Below, in pieces: positions 7,984-17,889 of a stretch of 64,000 bases of DNA. Where the stretch lies: positions 128,001-192,000 of the forward strand of contig CAXXWC010000001.1 of assembly GCA_963668645.2 (NCBI GenBank). The letters are read 5' to 3'. Position 1 is the first letter of the stretch, and each line of letters opens with the position of its first letter. The stretch is from Desulfobacterales bacterium. Lineage in GTDB: Bacteria > Desulfobacterota > Desulfobacteria > Desulfobacterales > UBA2174. The notes under the pieces were generated by a model. The model was not told the DNA's origin. It worked only from the letters and a program-made list of their open reading frames with translations, and did no database searches. The position numbers and the translations under genes were made by a program.

Positions 7984-8787
7984 TTAGATCAACTCTGCTT
8001 CCTTGAGCTTTTCGACGGTCGTGTTCACCATTTCCTCGGGTGAGCCTTCCAGAATCAGCCGCTGGCGTTCCAGCTTCTGGACATAGACCTTGTCCACCCT
8101 TGTCGGCGAACCGGTAAGGCCGATATCCGTCTCATCGACTTCGATGTCTTTAAGGCTCCAGTTCTTGTAGACCTTGTCCATGAGGGTCAAAATCCCCTCG
8201 GCGGTCGCCTTCCTGGGCTCGTTGATTTCCCTTGCAACCGATACCAGGACCGGCAGCTTCGCCTCGATTTTCAGATATCCGTATTCGATGCCCTGTTTGG
8301 CGACCACGGCATTGTCTTCTTCATTAAAGACGAATTCTTTGACATTGCTGATATGGGGCCATCCGAGAAGTTCGGCGATCTGCGGCCCGACCTGCTGGGT
8401 GGCTCCGTCCGCCGACTCGTTTCCGCAAAAGATGATGTCTACAGACCCCAGCGCCTTGATACCAGCGGCCAGAACAGAGGCCGTGGCCAGTGAGTCGCCT
8501 GCGGCAAAGGCCCGGTCGCAGAGCAGTATCCCCTGGTCGGCCCCCAGGGTCATGGCCCACTCGAGGACCTCCTTGGCATGCGGCGGTCCCATGCTGATGG
8601 CCGTGATTTTTCCGGACACCTTGTCGCGCAGCTTCAATGCTTCTTCGATGGCGTTTTCGTCCATGGGATTTAAAATAGACGGCACCTTGTCACGCTGGAT
8701 CGCACCGGTTTCCGGGTCCAGCGTAATCTGCGAGAAATATTTCGGATTTGCCACCTGCTTGATACAAACAACGATATTGAGGGACAT
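7984..8787 (-). CDS. etfB: Electron transfer flavoprotein beta subunit (FixA family)
   Basis: IVVCIKQV, NPMDENAIEEAL, SMGPP, DRAFAAGDSLATA and GLTGSPTRV motifs. Confidence 0.92.
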   Translation of the reverse strand: MSLNIVVCIKQVANPKYFSQITLDPETGAIQRDKVPSILNPMDENAIEEALKLRDKVSGKITAISMGPPHAKEVLEWAMTLGADQGILLCDRAFAAGDSLATASVLAAGIKALGSVDIIFCGNESADGATQQVGPQIAELLGWPHISNVKEFVFNEEDNAVVAKQGIEYGYLKIEAKLPVLVSVAREINEPRKATAEGILTLMDKVYKNWSLKDIEVDETDIGLTGSPTRVDKVYVQKLERQRLILEGSPEEMVNTTVEKLKEAELI

Positions 8788-8823
8788 CTTCGCTTTCCTC
8801 CACTGTTTTACATATTGGCCCTT

Positions 8824-9924
8824 TTATGCATGCACCGGCTCCGTTTCGAAAAAATTCATCAGCAGATCCCACTTCATCTTGTCGAACCCGAACTGGATCA
8901 CGTGCATATTCTCATCCAACCGATTATCCACACTTTCAGGCAGATGATCTCGGGCGAAAATAAAAGTACCTTTTAAGGGATTTAAAATATCGTGAGCCAG
9001 GCGGATGCTTTCCATTTTGCGCACAACCCGCTCTTCTTCAGAATCAAGCTGATCCAGAAAAAACACCGCCACATCCGGGCGGCATAGTTTTTCACAATCG
9101 GCCACCAGGGATACGTCTTCGAGCTTGTCGCCGATATAAAGCAGCAGATCGGGCTTCAATTGCGCATATCCGTATTTTTCGAGCAAAGCGGAGATGACAA
9201 ACCATTGTCTCTTTTCACTGTGGTAGGAAGCCCGCCAGAGGGCTTTTCCCATTTCCGTGCGGAAGGCCACATACCGTTCCAATCTTTTGCTGCGGACAAT
9301 AAAGTCGGGGGCCAGCAGAATGTCTTTTCTGTCCACCTCGAACTGTAACGTATCCGTTTCGCGGGGAAACGGAACATTTGTCCGGACATCGTCACGGTGC
9401 TTGATAAGCTGTTTGGATGTGGGTTTGGGCAGCGGGACCTCGAAGATTTTCTCAGGATCGACGTACTCGACCAGGTTCAGGATGAACCACTTGACATAGC
9501 CCCTCTGATAAAAGTCGCGAAAAGACGCCTGAACCCTCTCCTGTGCCTCTTCCTCGAATTGTTCGATTTCAATTTTTCCCTGGAGCAGCTCGAACAGCGG
9601 ATCGAACAGATCCCTGACCGCCTGGTGCATCGGATCGGACAAAAACCGCTGAAGGGCGACGGGCATCATGACCGCCTTGAGCTGTAGCAGCTGGCGCAGC
9701 TGAGCTTCTATCTTTCCATATCGGGCACTGAGAAATTGGGCCTCATCGAGCCATCCGGAATAATGCTGGGCCAGAAACGCCCTTCTCACATCGTTGAATT
9801 TTCTGTAAAATTCATCTCTTACCGTCTCGTCAATACTGACGATGTTTTCCTCGATCTCCACCAGCGGCTGAGCGTCGACGAAAGCGCCCAAGGCCTCATA
9901 ACGGCTGCGCCATGAATTTGACAA
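8824..9924 (-). CDS. Hypothetical protein (about 366 aa)
   Basis: Long open frame within the operon; probable TTG start at 9924 after SD GGGGGAG. No motif recognised. Confidence 0.7.
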   Translation of the reverse strand: MSNSWRSRYEALGAFVDAQPLVEIEENIVSIDETVRDEFYRKFNDVRRAFLAQHYSGWLDEAQFLSARYGKIEAQLRQLLQLKAVMMPVALQRFLSDPMHQAVRDLFDPLFELLQGKIEIEQFEEEAQERVQASFRDFYQRGYVKWFILNLVEYVDPEKIFEVPLPKPTSKQLIKHRDDVRTNVPFPRETDTLQFEVDRKDILLAPDFIVRSKRLERYVAFRTEMGKALWRASYHSEKRQWFVISALLEKYGYAQLKPDLLLYIGDKLEDVSLVADCEKLCRPDVAVFFLDQLDSEEERVVRKMESIRLAHDILNPLKGTFIFARDHLPESVDNRLDENMHVIQFGFDKMKWDLLMNFFETEPVHA

Positions 9925-10055
9925 AACGGTCTCTCCCCCTTGCACATGTTCCTGTGAATTGCGGCCGGATCCCTTTCTGCGGTCGCTATCTTCGCTATCT
10001 GCCGCAAATGGAATCCGGCCGCGGTTCAGCCTGCCCTATTTTCAGAGCGCGGCGA

Positions 10056-11027
10056 CTACTTGCATGCCAGCAGGGTCTGCTTTACCAGCCCTTTGGCGAT
10101 CTGGATTTTGTACTCATTCATGGCCAGTGGTTTGGCCCCCCAGATGGCGGCCTCACCGGTGGTCTGGGCCGTCTCTTCATCCAGCGGCTTGCCGACGAGG
10201 TATTTTGCCGCGCGCTGGGGCACATACGGCTTGTAGTGCACCGCGTTCAGGCAGATTTTCACATCCTCGACCGTATCCCCGTTCATCTTTACGGCGCTTG
10301 CGCAGTTGACGATGGGAAAGTCGATGGACTTGCGGATGGCGAATTTCTTCCAAGCGCTTTTCATGCCGGCAGCCGGGGCCGGGATCTGGAATTCGGTGAT
10401 GATCTCGTCATCTTCCAGGATGGTCATCCGCTTGCAGTCCTTTTCCGGGAACATGTCGGCTACAGCCAGGGTCCGCTTGGTGGTGACCGCCTTGGCGTCG
10501 AGCACGATCAAGGCCGGCAGCGTATCGCTGGGATTGACCGCCAGGCAGTCTTTGACATCGCCGAAAATGGAATGATACCGGTTGTCCCCGTCCGCAGCGA
10601 AGCATTCATCCCCGCCTTTGCGGGCGCAGGCGAACCGGTTGTTGGGGCACCGGTAATACCAGCACCTGGAATTCTGGCAGACGTTGCCGCCGATGGTGCC
10701 CATTTCACGGATATGCGGCGAGGCGGCATAGCGGGCGGCCATTCCCAGGGCCGTGTATTTTTCCCGGATCATGGCGTCGTGGCCGATATCTTCCAGCTTG
10801 ACCAGAGCGCCCAGTCTGAGCACGCCGTCCTCTTCCTTGATATCCTCCAGACCGGAAATGTTTTTGATATTGATCAGTGCCTTGTAGGGCGTCTGGAACA
10901 CGTTGTCCTTGTATAGCCCGATAATATCCGTGCCACCGGCGATGACCTTGGCCTTGCCTTCAAACTTGGCCAAAAGGGCTGTGGCCTCCTCTACCGTTGA
11001 AGCATCAAAATGCTGGAATCTGATCAT
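10056..11027 (-). CDS. Xanthine-oxidase-family FAD subunit (PaoB/HcrB type with extra [4Fe-4S] cysteines)
   Basis: IAGGTD and IREMGTIGGN motifs, plus the Cys insert RCWYYR...CARKGGDEC...DCLAVNPSD. Confidence 0.9.
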   Translation of the reverse strand: MIRFQHFDASTVEEATALLAKFEGKAKVIAGGTDIIGLYKDNVFQTPYKALINIKNISGLEDIKEEDGVLRLGALVKLEDIGHDAMIREKYTALGMAARYAASPHIREMGTIGGNVCQNSRCWYYRCPNNRFACARKGGDECFAADGDNRYHSIFGDVKDCLAVNPSDTLPALIVLDAKAVTTKRTLAVADMFPEKDCKRMTILEDDEIITEFQIPAPAAGMKSAWKKFAIRKSIDFPIVNCASAVKMNGDTVEDVKICLNAVHYKPYVPQRAAKYLVGKPLDEETAQTTGEAAIWGAKPLAMNEYKIQIAKGLVKQTLLACK

Positions 11028-11028
11028 T

Positions 11029-13512
11029 TTAGATGACCCCCTTCTCTTTGGCTTTGGCGATTGCTTTGATGACCTTGTCCGGTGTCATGGGATGATCGTC
11101 GACCCACTCACCGATGGCGTTGTGAATCGCATTTCCGATCACAAAGGGAACGACCGTGGCGCAATCTTCGCCGATGCCCACCAGACCGTAAGGCCCGTAG
11201 CCCAAGCCCGTCTCCACCAGGATGTTGTCCGTGGCTTTGATGTCTCTGAAAGTCCAGACCTTGTAATCGACCAGGTTGCCATTGAGCTTGACGCCGGTCT
11301 TGGGGTCATAGATCACTTCTTCGGCCATGCCTCTGCCGGCCCCCATGTAGGCGCCGCCGTACTGCTGGCCGTTGCAGGTTTCCGGGCTCAATGCCTTGCC
11401 CACATCGTTGACGTTGACAATCTTGACAATCTCGACTTCACCGGTGTCTGGATCGACTTCCACTTCCGCAAAATATCCCTGGCGGCAAAGCCGGTGACGG
11501 CCTTCCTCACAGCCGTAGCGGCCCTGGCGATGGTAGGCCCACTCGAACAGAGGTGCCCGGCTGCTGCTCTGGTTCAGGGTCGTGCGCTTGACCACCTCGG
11601 CCACCGGCACCCTGTTTTCCGGATCGGCCTTGACGAAGACGAAGCTGTCTTTGACGTCGAGGTCTTCGGGTTTGTGGTCCGGGAAAGCGGGCGGGTATTC
11701 GATTTCGATGAGCTTGATCGGGGTGGTGGCATACTCGAGCAACGTTTTTTTGGCCTTTCTGGCCATGTTGCAGCTCACGTAGGCGTCCGTGCACAGATTG
11801 CACGATCCGTCCGGGGTCATCATCTGGAAGCCCACATCCTCGAAAAAGCGCCAGTTGACGTCCTTGAGCTTCAGTCCCAGCTCTTCGGCGACGATCTCGC
11901 AGTTGGTGGTCATCGGGTTGACGCCGTCGTCGGATTTCTGGGACAAAATGTCCACCGTGCCGTCGCAGTGCATGATCAATCCCGCGCTGGCCGCACCCCG
12001 GTTGTCATCCCATTCGTGATCCCAGGTAAAGCCGATGCCGTGCAGTTTGCCGTTGGGAAGCACTTTTTTGCCCGGTTCATGCCATTTCTTGTCCCAATCG
12101 ATGGCGGCCTTTCCTTTTTCGATCACCTCGGCGAGGCTGTCGCGGTCCGGAAATCCGTGATCCTTCTTGAACTTGGAAAGGTACTGCATGTCCTTTCCGT
12201 CGGCACCGTCGTTTTTCAGGGCCACTTCGGTGGGATCCATCCCGATGGCATCGGCCACATGGGCGAACACGGCACTGAAGCAGAAACTGTTGTGGTTCTG
12301 CTCGCAGCGGAACCACCATGCCGGGGCCATGTTGGCCTGGGCCTCCACATAGTTGAGCAGGAGGTTGGGAATGCGGGTGTTGTCCTCGAAGTGGTCGATG
12401 CCGTACTGGCCCATTTTGGCGGTGATGTTGTCGATCTTGACCGCGGTGATGGTGCCGTCGTTTTTAAAGCCCACCTTGAAATGGGTGTTGGAGTCCGCAT
12501 CCTGGGACAGAGAATAGAAGTTGTCACGCCGGTTGTAGACGGTCTTGACCGGCCGGTTGGTCCGCTTTGACAGAATGGTGCTGACCACGTGCAGGCCGTG
12601 GGTATGGTGCATCATCGGGTTTCCACCGCCGCCGAAGTGGCAGCCCTGGTACGGCACGTGGAGCTTGATCTTGTTGAGCGGAATCCCGGTCACCGCACTG
12701 AGCAGGCATTTGCCGTCGTAGGCCTGCTGCTGGTGGGCCCAGATCTCCAGGTTGTCGCCTCTCCATAGAATAACATCGCTCATCGGCTCGGCGTCGGCCA
12801 CCGTATAGGGGCGCCGGCGGATGTCGAACTCGATGACCTTGTCGGCCTCCTTGAACCCCTTTTCCACATCGCCGTGTTCGATTCTGACCTTCCTGAGCAG
12901 GTTGGTGCTGTCGTTTATCTCCGGCGCCGCGGCCGGCGCACCCGGCTTGAGGGCCTCGATGGGATTGAGCACCACGTCCCGCTCCTCCCATTCGACCTTG
13001 ACCAGGCGGATGGCGTCCTCGGCGATCTGGAGCGTCTCGGCGGCGATGGCCACACCGGAATGGGCCCCTTCCCACCACGCGAAACCGTCAAGGACCCTTC
13101 CGCCGCCCTGGATCCACTGCTCCTGGGTAACGGCCAGCTCTTCCTTGCCCTTGTAAAAAGCCTGCCCGTCAAAGGGCATATGGCCGGCATTGAACTTGGT
13201 GTTGGTGCCCAGAAGCGCCTTGTCCTTCAATTCAGGGTCGTCGAAGCGCAAAATGGCGCGCACCCCGGGCAGCTTTTCCGCCTTGCTGGTATCCAGGCTC
13301 TTGATGACGGCGTTTGCATAGGGCGAGGTCATGATCTTGCAATAGAGCATCCCCGGCAGCTTCACGTCCCGGGTGTACTGTGCCGTCCCGCCGGCCTTTT
13401 CCCTTCCGTCCATTCGGGATATGCCGCGCTTTCCCAGATACTGGAATTCTTCCGGTATGTAGCGATCCCGAACCAGCGGCTCATATTCCATGATCTTTAG
13501 ATCTTCAGACAT
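11029..13512 (-). CDS. Xanthine-oxidase-family molybdopterin-binding subunit
   Basis: YTRDVKLPGMLY, EVEVDPDTGEV, DVGKALSP, NGNLVDYK and GPYGLVGIGE (catalytic Glu position). Active-site loops are divergent (QGCHFGGG, AWWFRCEQ). Confidence 0.9.
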   Translation of the reverse strand: MSEDLKIMEYEPLVRDRYIPEEFQYLGKRGISRMDGREKAGGTAQYTRDVKLPGMLYCKIMTSPYANAVIKSLDTSKAEKLPGVRAILRFDDPELKDKALLGTNTKFNAGHMPFDGQAFYKGKEELAVTQEQWIQGGGRVLDGFAWWEGAHSGVAIAAETLQIAEDAIRLVKVEWEERDVVLNPIEALKPGAPAAAPEINDSTNLLRKVRIEHGDVEKGFKEADKVIEFDIRRRPYTVADAEPMSDVILWRGDNLEIWAHQQQAYDGKCLLSAVTGIPLNKIKLHVPYQGCHFGGGGNPMMHHTHGLHVVSTILSKRTNRPVKTVYNRRDNFYSLSQDADSNTHFKVGFKNDGTITAVKIDNITAKMGQYGIDHFEDNTRIPNLLLNYVEAQANMAPAWWFRCEQNHNSFCFSAVFAHVADAIGMDPTEVALKNDGADGKDMQYLSKFKKDHGFPDRDSLAEVIEKGKAAIDWDKKWHEPGKKVLPNGKLHGIGFTWDHEWDDNRGAASAGLIMHCDGTVDILSQKSDDGVNPMTTNCEIVAEELGLKLKDVNWRFFEDVGFQMMTPDGSCNLCTDAYVSCNMARKAKKTLLEYATTPIKLIEIEYPPAFPDHKPEDLDVKDSFVFVKADPENRVPVAEVVKRTTLNQSSSRAPLFEWAYHRQGRYGCEEGRHRLCRQGYFAEVEVDPDTGEVEIVKIVNVNDVGKALSPETCNGQQYGGAYMGAGRGMAEEVIYDPKTGVKLNGNLVDYKVWTFRDIKATDNILVETGLGYGPYGLVGIGEDCATVVPFVIGNAIHNAIGEWVDDHPMTPDKVIKAIAKAKEKGVI

Positions 13513-14013
13513 TTAGTCGCCCTCCTTGTCCATTAATTTCCTGGCAGCTTCCTGCACCGCGCCGATGTGCGCCGGATATGTGCCACAGCGGCAGATATTG
13601 CCTTCAAGAGCGGTAATGATCTCTTCTTCCGAGGGGTCCGGATTGCGGTCCAGCAGGGCCTTGGCCGTCACCACAAACCCCGGGGTGCAATAGCCGCACT
13701 GCATGGCGTGATTGTCCGCATAGGCCTGAACCAGGGGGTGTTCCGTGCTGTTGATCTCTTCGATGGTTTCAATCCGATGCCCGCCGCATTCGACGGCCAG
13801 CATCATGCAGGACAGAACCGGCCTGCCGTCCATGATCACGGTGCATGAGCCGCAGGCGCCCCGGTCGCACATCTCCTTGGTGCCTGTCAAACCGATCCTG
13901 TCCTGAAGCACTTCTCTGAGGGTCTCCTGTGGCTCAACCATCAACTGGTGCTCATCGCCGTTGATATTCAGCGTGACCAGCCTGGCGCCGCCTTGCTCTT
14001 CTGCGTTAGCCAT
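13513..14013 (-). CDS. Xanthine-oxidase-family 2x[2Fe-2S] subunit
   Basis: CDRGACGSCTV...SC, QCGYC and GNICRCG motifs; SD GGAGG. Confidence 0.93.
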   Translation of the reverse strand: MANAEEQGGARLVTLNINGDEHQLMVEPQETLREVLQDRIGLTGTKEMCDRGACGSCTVIMDGRPVLSCMMLAVECGGHRIETIEEINSTEHPLVQAYADNHAMQCGYCTPGFVVTAKALLDRNPDPSEEEIITALEGNICRCGTYPAHIGAVQEAARKLMDKEGD

Positions 14014-14175
14014 AATGTGTTAACCTCCCTGCATCATGAATGAGTAAGTTCCGTCTCGCCGGAAAACAGACACCGTACCCGCATGCCTTTTCCGGCTCTG
14101 GCCGTTGCCGCAGGGTCAATGGATCGGGAAGATCCCCGCGTTACCGGCGGCCGCTATTCTGCCTGATTTGAGCTA

Positions 14176-14245
14176 ACTATACTGGGTTGAAAACAGGGGT
14201 GTAAATCGCGCGAATGGGGTAAAATCCATCCCTCGAAAGGGGGAT
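14176..14245 (-). promoter_or_regulatory. Tandem 18-bp palindromic activator sites plus -10 box (copy B)
   Basis: Minus strand ATCCCCC-TTTC-GAGGGAT (14245-14228) and TTACCCC-ATTC-GCGCGAT (14222-14205), 23-bp period, then TATAGT 23 nt later. Confidence 0.65.
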
Positions 14246-14338
14246 TTCAGGAGGTTTATCTATTTATTTTCATTTTGAAATAGAGCGTTTGACAGCGCAG
14301 CCGCCCCGGGCGAAACGGGTTCATCCCCCCGGGGCCTG

Positions 14339-14992
14339 TCAGCGGCGGTCGCGCAGATACTTTTTCTTGGCGATCTGGACGGCCTGGACGCGGTTGGTAA
14401 CGTTCAGTTTGCGGAAGATATGCTTGATGTGACTCTTTACGGTTTCACTGCTGATAAACAGGCTTTCGGCGATCTGTTTGTTCCCCTTGCCCTCTGCGAT
14501 AAACTCGAGCACTTCCCTTTCTCGCAGCGTCAGCAAGGCGTCGGGGCAAGCGTCGGTCTCTTCTTGTTCATCGGCAACCGACAAGTTGAGCAGGTAGGCG
14601 GAAAACACCAGCTTTTCCCGGCAGAAGCTATCGATGATATGCACCAGCTCATCCACTTCGATGCTCTTGAGCACATAACCGTCGGCGCCGGCCCCCATGC
14701 ATTCGCGAACGCAGGCATCATCATCGTGGTGCGATAAAACGAGAACCTTCAGGTCAGGCCGCGCCTTTCTAAGCATGCGAATGGCGCCGATTCCCGAAAG
14801 GCCCGGCATGTCGACATCGATCAGCGCGATATCGGGCTGTTCTTCCAGGATCTTTTCAACCGCCTCAAATCCGTTTTTAGCCTCACCGACGACCTCGATG
14901 CCCTCCCTCTCATTGAGGCTCATTTGCAAGCCGCGGCGAAAAAGCGGATGGTCATCGCAGATAAAGACCTTTGTTTTGGTTCCGCCCAGCAT
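14339..14992 (-). CDS. NarL/FixJ-family response regulator (REC + LuxR HTH)
   Basis: DDHPLFRRG, LIDVDMP (phospho-Asp) and LTLREREVL...NKQIAESLFISSETVKSH motifs. Confidence 0.93.
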   Translation of the reverse strand: MLGGTKTKVFICDDHPLFRRGLQMSLNEREGIEVVGEAKNGFEAVEKILEEQPDIALIDVDMPGLSGIGAIRMLRKARPDLKVLVLSHHDDDACVRECMGAGADGYVLKSIEVDELVHIIDSFCREKLVFSAYLLNLSVADEQEETDACPDALLTLREREVLEFIAEGKGNKQIAESLFISSETVKSHIKHIFRKLNVTNRVQAVQIAKKKYLRDRR

Positions 14993-15002
14993 CCTCTGCT
15001 CC

Positions 15003-16724
15003 TTAAAACTCCATACCGATCGCCTCGAAGCGGACTTTCACATCCGCCGGCAAAGCGAAATAAAAGCAACTGCCGCTTCCCTTGCCGGTCTTAGTCTTAT
15101 CCTGCACGACAGGCGATTTGACCCCGATACAGCCACGATGCGCCTCGACGGCCAGTTTGCAGAACGCAAGCCCAAGGCCGATGCCGCACCGGTTGTTTAC
15201 GTCCGAGTGGCGCAAGGTCGTAAACTTGTCGAAGATGGTCGTTTCAAATCCTCTTTCAATCCCCGGCCCCTGATCGCTGATCTGGGTTATGGCATATCGC
15301 TGATTCAGCGATGGCGGCGGTATTCGCACCCCTGGCTGATCCGGGCCGATCTGGCAGTCAAGCTCGCTGCCATCGATATACCGTGTTCTGATATCGATGG
15401 TACCGCCGTCCGGGCTGAAGTTCACTGCGTTGGCCAGCAGGTTTAGACAGATGCGGATCAGGCGCATCCGGTCTCCCATCACGTTCAGCTCCTCTTTTGG
15501 CGGATCGTATCGGATCGATACCTGCTTTTCTTCGGCGATCAACTCGATCTGTTTGACGCTCTCTCTGATAATGCTGCGTATGTCGAGAAGCTCCTTGCGA
15601 AGCCGCAGCTTTCCGTTTTCATGGCGGTAGATGTCCAGATAGTCCATCACCATGCTGGAAAGCTGGCTGCTGGTCTTCTCCGACAGCTTGATCAGTTCGC
15701 CTTGGCGTGCGTTGAGCGGTCCGAGCAATCCGCTTCCCAGCAACTGCAAAGCCTTGCGGATCGAAAATATCGGATTTCGCAGATCGTGGGTCATCATTCC
15801 GATCAAATCTTCTTTTAACGATTCGATCCTCTTTTCTTCTGACACGTCCCTTAGAACCGCCACATACGAGGAATTCTCGTCCCCATGCCCGTCTTTGTCG
15901 AATGACACGTGAGCGTCAATTTTTCGGTCGCCGTCACCTGCCAGGGTGATCGATGCCCGCCCGTGGCCATTTTGATCCACAAACTGAAGAATCTTGCGGT
16001 AGGCAGCAAGAGAGTCTTTGCCGGATATATATTCGGAAAAATCCTTACCGATGATCCGGTTTTTGCTGAATCCGATGGCGTTGGCAAAGGCATCGTTGAC
16101 CATCGAAATCTTTCCACCTGTGTCTATCGATATGATGCCGTCGCTGATCCGGTTGACGAGCCTGTCCAGATAGCGCTGGGATTGTTTGGAGGTCACGTAC
16201 TTATTCCAGGCCAGTTCGCTGATCGCCTTGGTCACCGTCTCCATGAAATCCACAATGGTATCCAGCCGCTCATGGCTGATAATCGGAACGCTTCGCAAGG
16301 CTTGAAAGTATTCGTCGATGTTCTCGATGCCGATGCTTTCGGCATGTTTTCTGGCTGCAGATTTATCGATGGGGCGGTTAAGGACCTGGCCACACATGAC
16401 GCTGGCGATATGATAGTTGCCGACAATGATCGGTGACGTACAGTCGACCAAACCGGCGTTGAGGCAGGTATAGCAAACGCGCCGTTTCAGCTTGGCCGAC
16501 ATCTCGGCCCCGTGGCGGTCGCTTTTGTAGCAAAGCTGTTTTCCTTTTTCCGTTGACCGGCAAAAATCGCTGCACAGCCGGGACCAGTTGTATTCTTGGC
16601 TGATCGGCCTGCCGTCGGGGCTCACGATAAAACTTGAAACTCCGGTGATTTTCGTAAAGCCGTGGAGGATCTCATCAAGGCGGTCTTTTTCCACCAACTC
16701 CAGAAGCTCATGATCACCATCCAT
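15003..16724 (-). CDS. Cytoplasmic sensor histidine kinase with PocR ligand-binding and PAS domains
   Basis: PocR cysteines (LCSDFCR...CYKSD...YTCLNAGLVD...GQV), PAS-like segment, H-box THDLRNP, N-box NLLANAV, DQGPGI and GLGLAFC. No obvious TM. ATG 16724 with GGAGG. Confidence 0.88.
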   Translation of the reverse strand: MDGDHELLELVEKDRLDEILHGFTKITGVSSFIVSPDGRPISQEYNWSRLCSDFCRSTEKGKQLCYKSDRHGAEMSAKLKRRVCYTCLNAGLVDCTSPIIVGNYHIASVMCGQVLNRPIDKSAARKHAESIGIENIDEYFQALRSVPIISHERLDTIVDFMETVTKAISELAWNKYVTSKQSQRYLDRLVNRISDGIISIDTGGKISMVNDAFANAIGFSKNRIIGKDFSEYISGKDSLAAYRKILQFVDQNGHGRASITLAGDGDRKIDAHVSFDKDGHGDENSSYVAVLRDVSEEKRIESLKEDLIGMMTHDLRNPIFSIRKALQLLGSGLLGPLNARQGELIKLSEKTSSQLSSMVMDYLDIYRHENGKLRLRKELLDIRSIIRESVKQIELIAEEKQVSIRYDPPKEELNVMGDRMRLIRICLNLLANAVNFSPDGGTIDIRTRYIDGSELDCQIGPDQPGVRIPPPSLNQRYAITQISDQGPGIERGFETTIFDKFTTLRHSDVNNRCGIGLGLAFCKLAVEAHRGCIGVKSPVVQDKTKTGKGSGSCFYFALPADVKVRFEAIGMEF

Positions 16725-17046
16725 GCCAAGGCCTCCATTTCCCGTTGTGATTAGAGAAAAAAACCAGGGCCGGTAAGCCACCACCTTTGATGATTTCGGG
16801 AAAAATTGAACTTTACGATTCTTGCCTCCGTAATCAATTCGTATTACTCATTAGCAGATTGTAAGAATGCCATTAGCTTTTTTGCGAGCTTGGCGCTTTT
16901 CCAGCGCAAAGGCTCAAGTATCACCGTATCCATATATTTTCAAGTTCCGCTAATATTCCGGCCAAAGCGGTAATTCGTCCCGAAACCGGCACCTGCGCGC
17001 AAAACCTCGCATCTACTTCCACAGACCGGCAATCCCCCCCCCATAA

Positions 17047-17117
17047 TTCCCCATTTTGGGGGACTCCAATTCCTGCCCCCGGGTGATTTCTCCGCCTGCC
17101 GGCAAGTGGGATAAAAT
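17047..17117 (+). promoter_or_regulatory. Tandem 18-bp palindromic activator sites plus -10 box (copy C)
   Basis: TTCCCCA-TTTT-GGGGGAC (17047-17064) and TTCCTGC-CCCC-GGGTGAT (17070-17087), 23-bp period, then TAAAAT 24 nt later. Confidence 0.6.
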
Positions 17118-17281
17118 AGTGCATCAACAGTGTGTTCGGAAAAGTGGCCACTGTTCGCCTGGCAGCGAATATTCTCAAGCGATCCAAGGAATTTGACGAT
17201 GGTTCTGTTTTTTTTTGACCCGCCTATTCTCATTTGGAATATTTCAAAGTGGACCATGTCCATCGATGAGGAAAGTGTCGC

Positions 17282-17818
17282 ATGAACAGCCGCAGGGCGA
17301 CCGATTATGTTCTTCTAGGCGTATTGATGGTGGCACCGACGCACGGTTATGAAATTCGGCAATTTTTGGACAATTTCCTTGAATCCAAGTGGCATATCGG
17401 AAGCAGTCAGATGTATTCACTGCTCAAGCGGCTTGAAACCCGGCAGATGGTGGAGTCATTTCTATCGCCTCAAGCCAAAAGACCGTCAAAGAGAATCTAC
17501 TGCCTCACAGCCCAGGGCAAGGAGGCGTTTCTTGTATGGATCCAACAGCCGGTCATGCACGTGCGGGATCTGAGAATCGAGTTTATCGCCAAGCTGTTTT
17601 TCATCGACCGGCTGTCGCTGTCCTGCGGCAACCGGTTGATCCAAAACCAAATCGATGCATTGAACCGTATCAAGAAAACAATCACTAACGCGCAGTCATC
17701 TCAGTGCGCCCCCTTTGAAACCCTGTCCCTGAGGTTTCGCCAGACTACGATCGAAGCCTGCATCAACTGGCTAAAATCCGATGCCGTCGCATTTGTCGGC
17801 CAGATCGGAGCCGGCTGA
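17282..17818 (+). CDS. PadR-family transcriptional regulator
   Basis: LGVL...HGYEI...SQMYSLLKRLE...KRIYCLTAQGKEAF winged HTH. Confidence 0.88.
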   Translation: MNSRRATDYVLLGVLMVAPTHGYEIRQFLDNFLESKWHIGSSQMYSLLKRLETRQMVESFLSPQAKRPSKRIYCLTAQGKEAFLVWIQQPVMHVRDLRIEFIAKLFFIDRLSLSCGNRLIQNQIDALNRIKKTITNAQSSQCAPFETLSLRFRQTTIEACINWLKSDAVAFVGQIGAG

Positions 17819-17889
17819 AGACAGCCCCTGCCGCCGTCAAGACTTTTCGGATGCGGCCTGAGGCAAGGCACGGAAAAATGGGGAAAAAT

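Noticed and set aside
10056..14013. Calling the enzyme aerobic CO dehydrogenase or xanthine dehydrogenase
   Set aside because: Neither AYRCSFR nor AFRGFG is present, and gene order and FAD-subunit type differ.
14014..14175. Possible Moco/Wco riboswitch in the Mo-enzyme leader
   Set aside because: A GCCGGAAAA/TTTTCCGGC stem exists, but I could not match the conserved Moco RNA elements; an Rfam scan would settle it.
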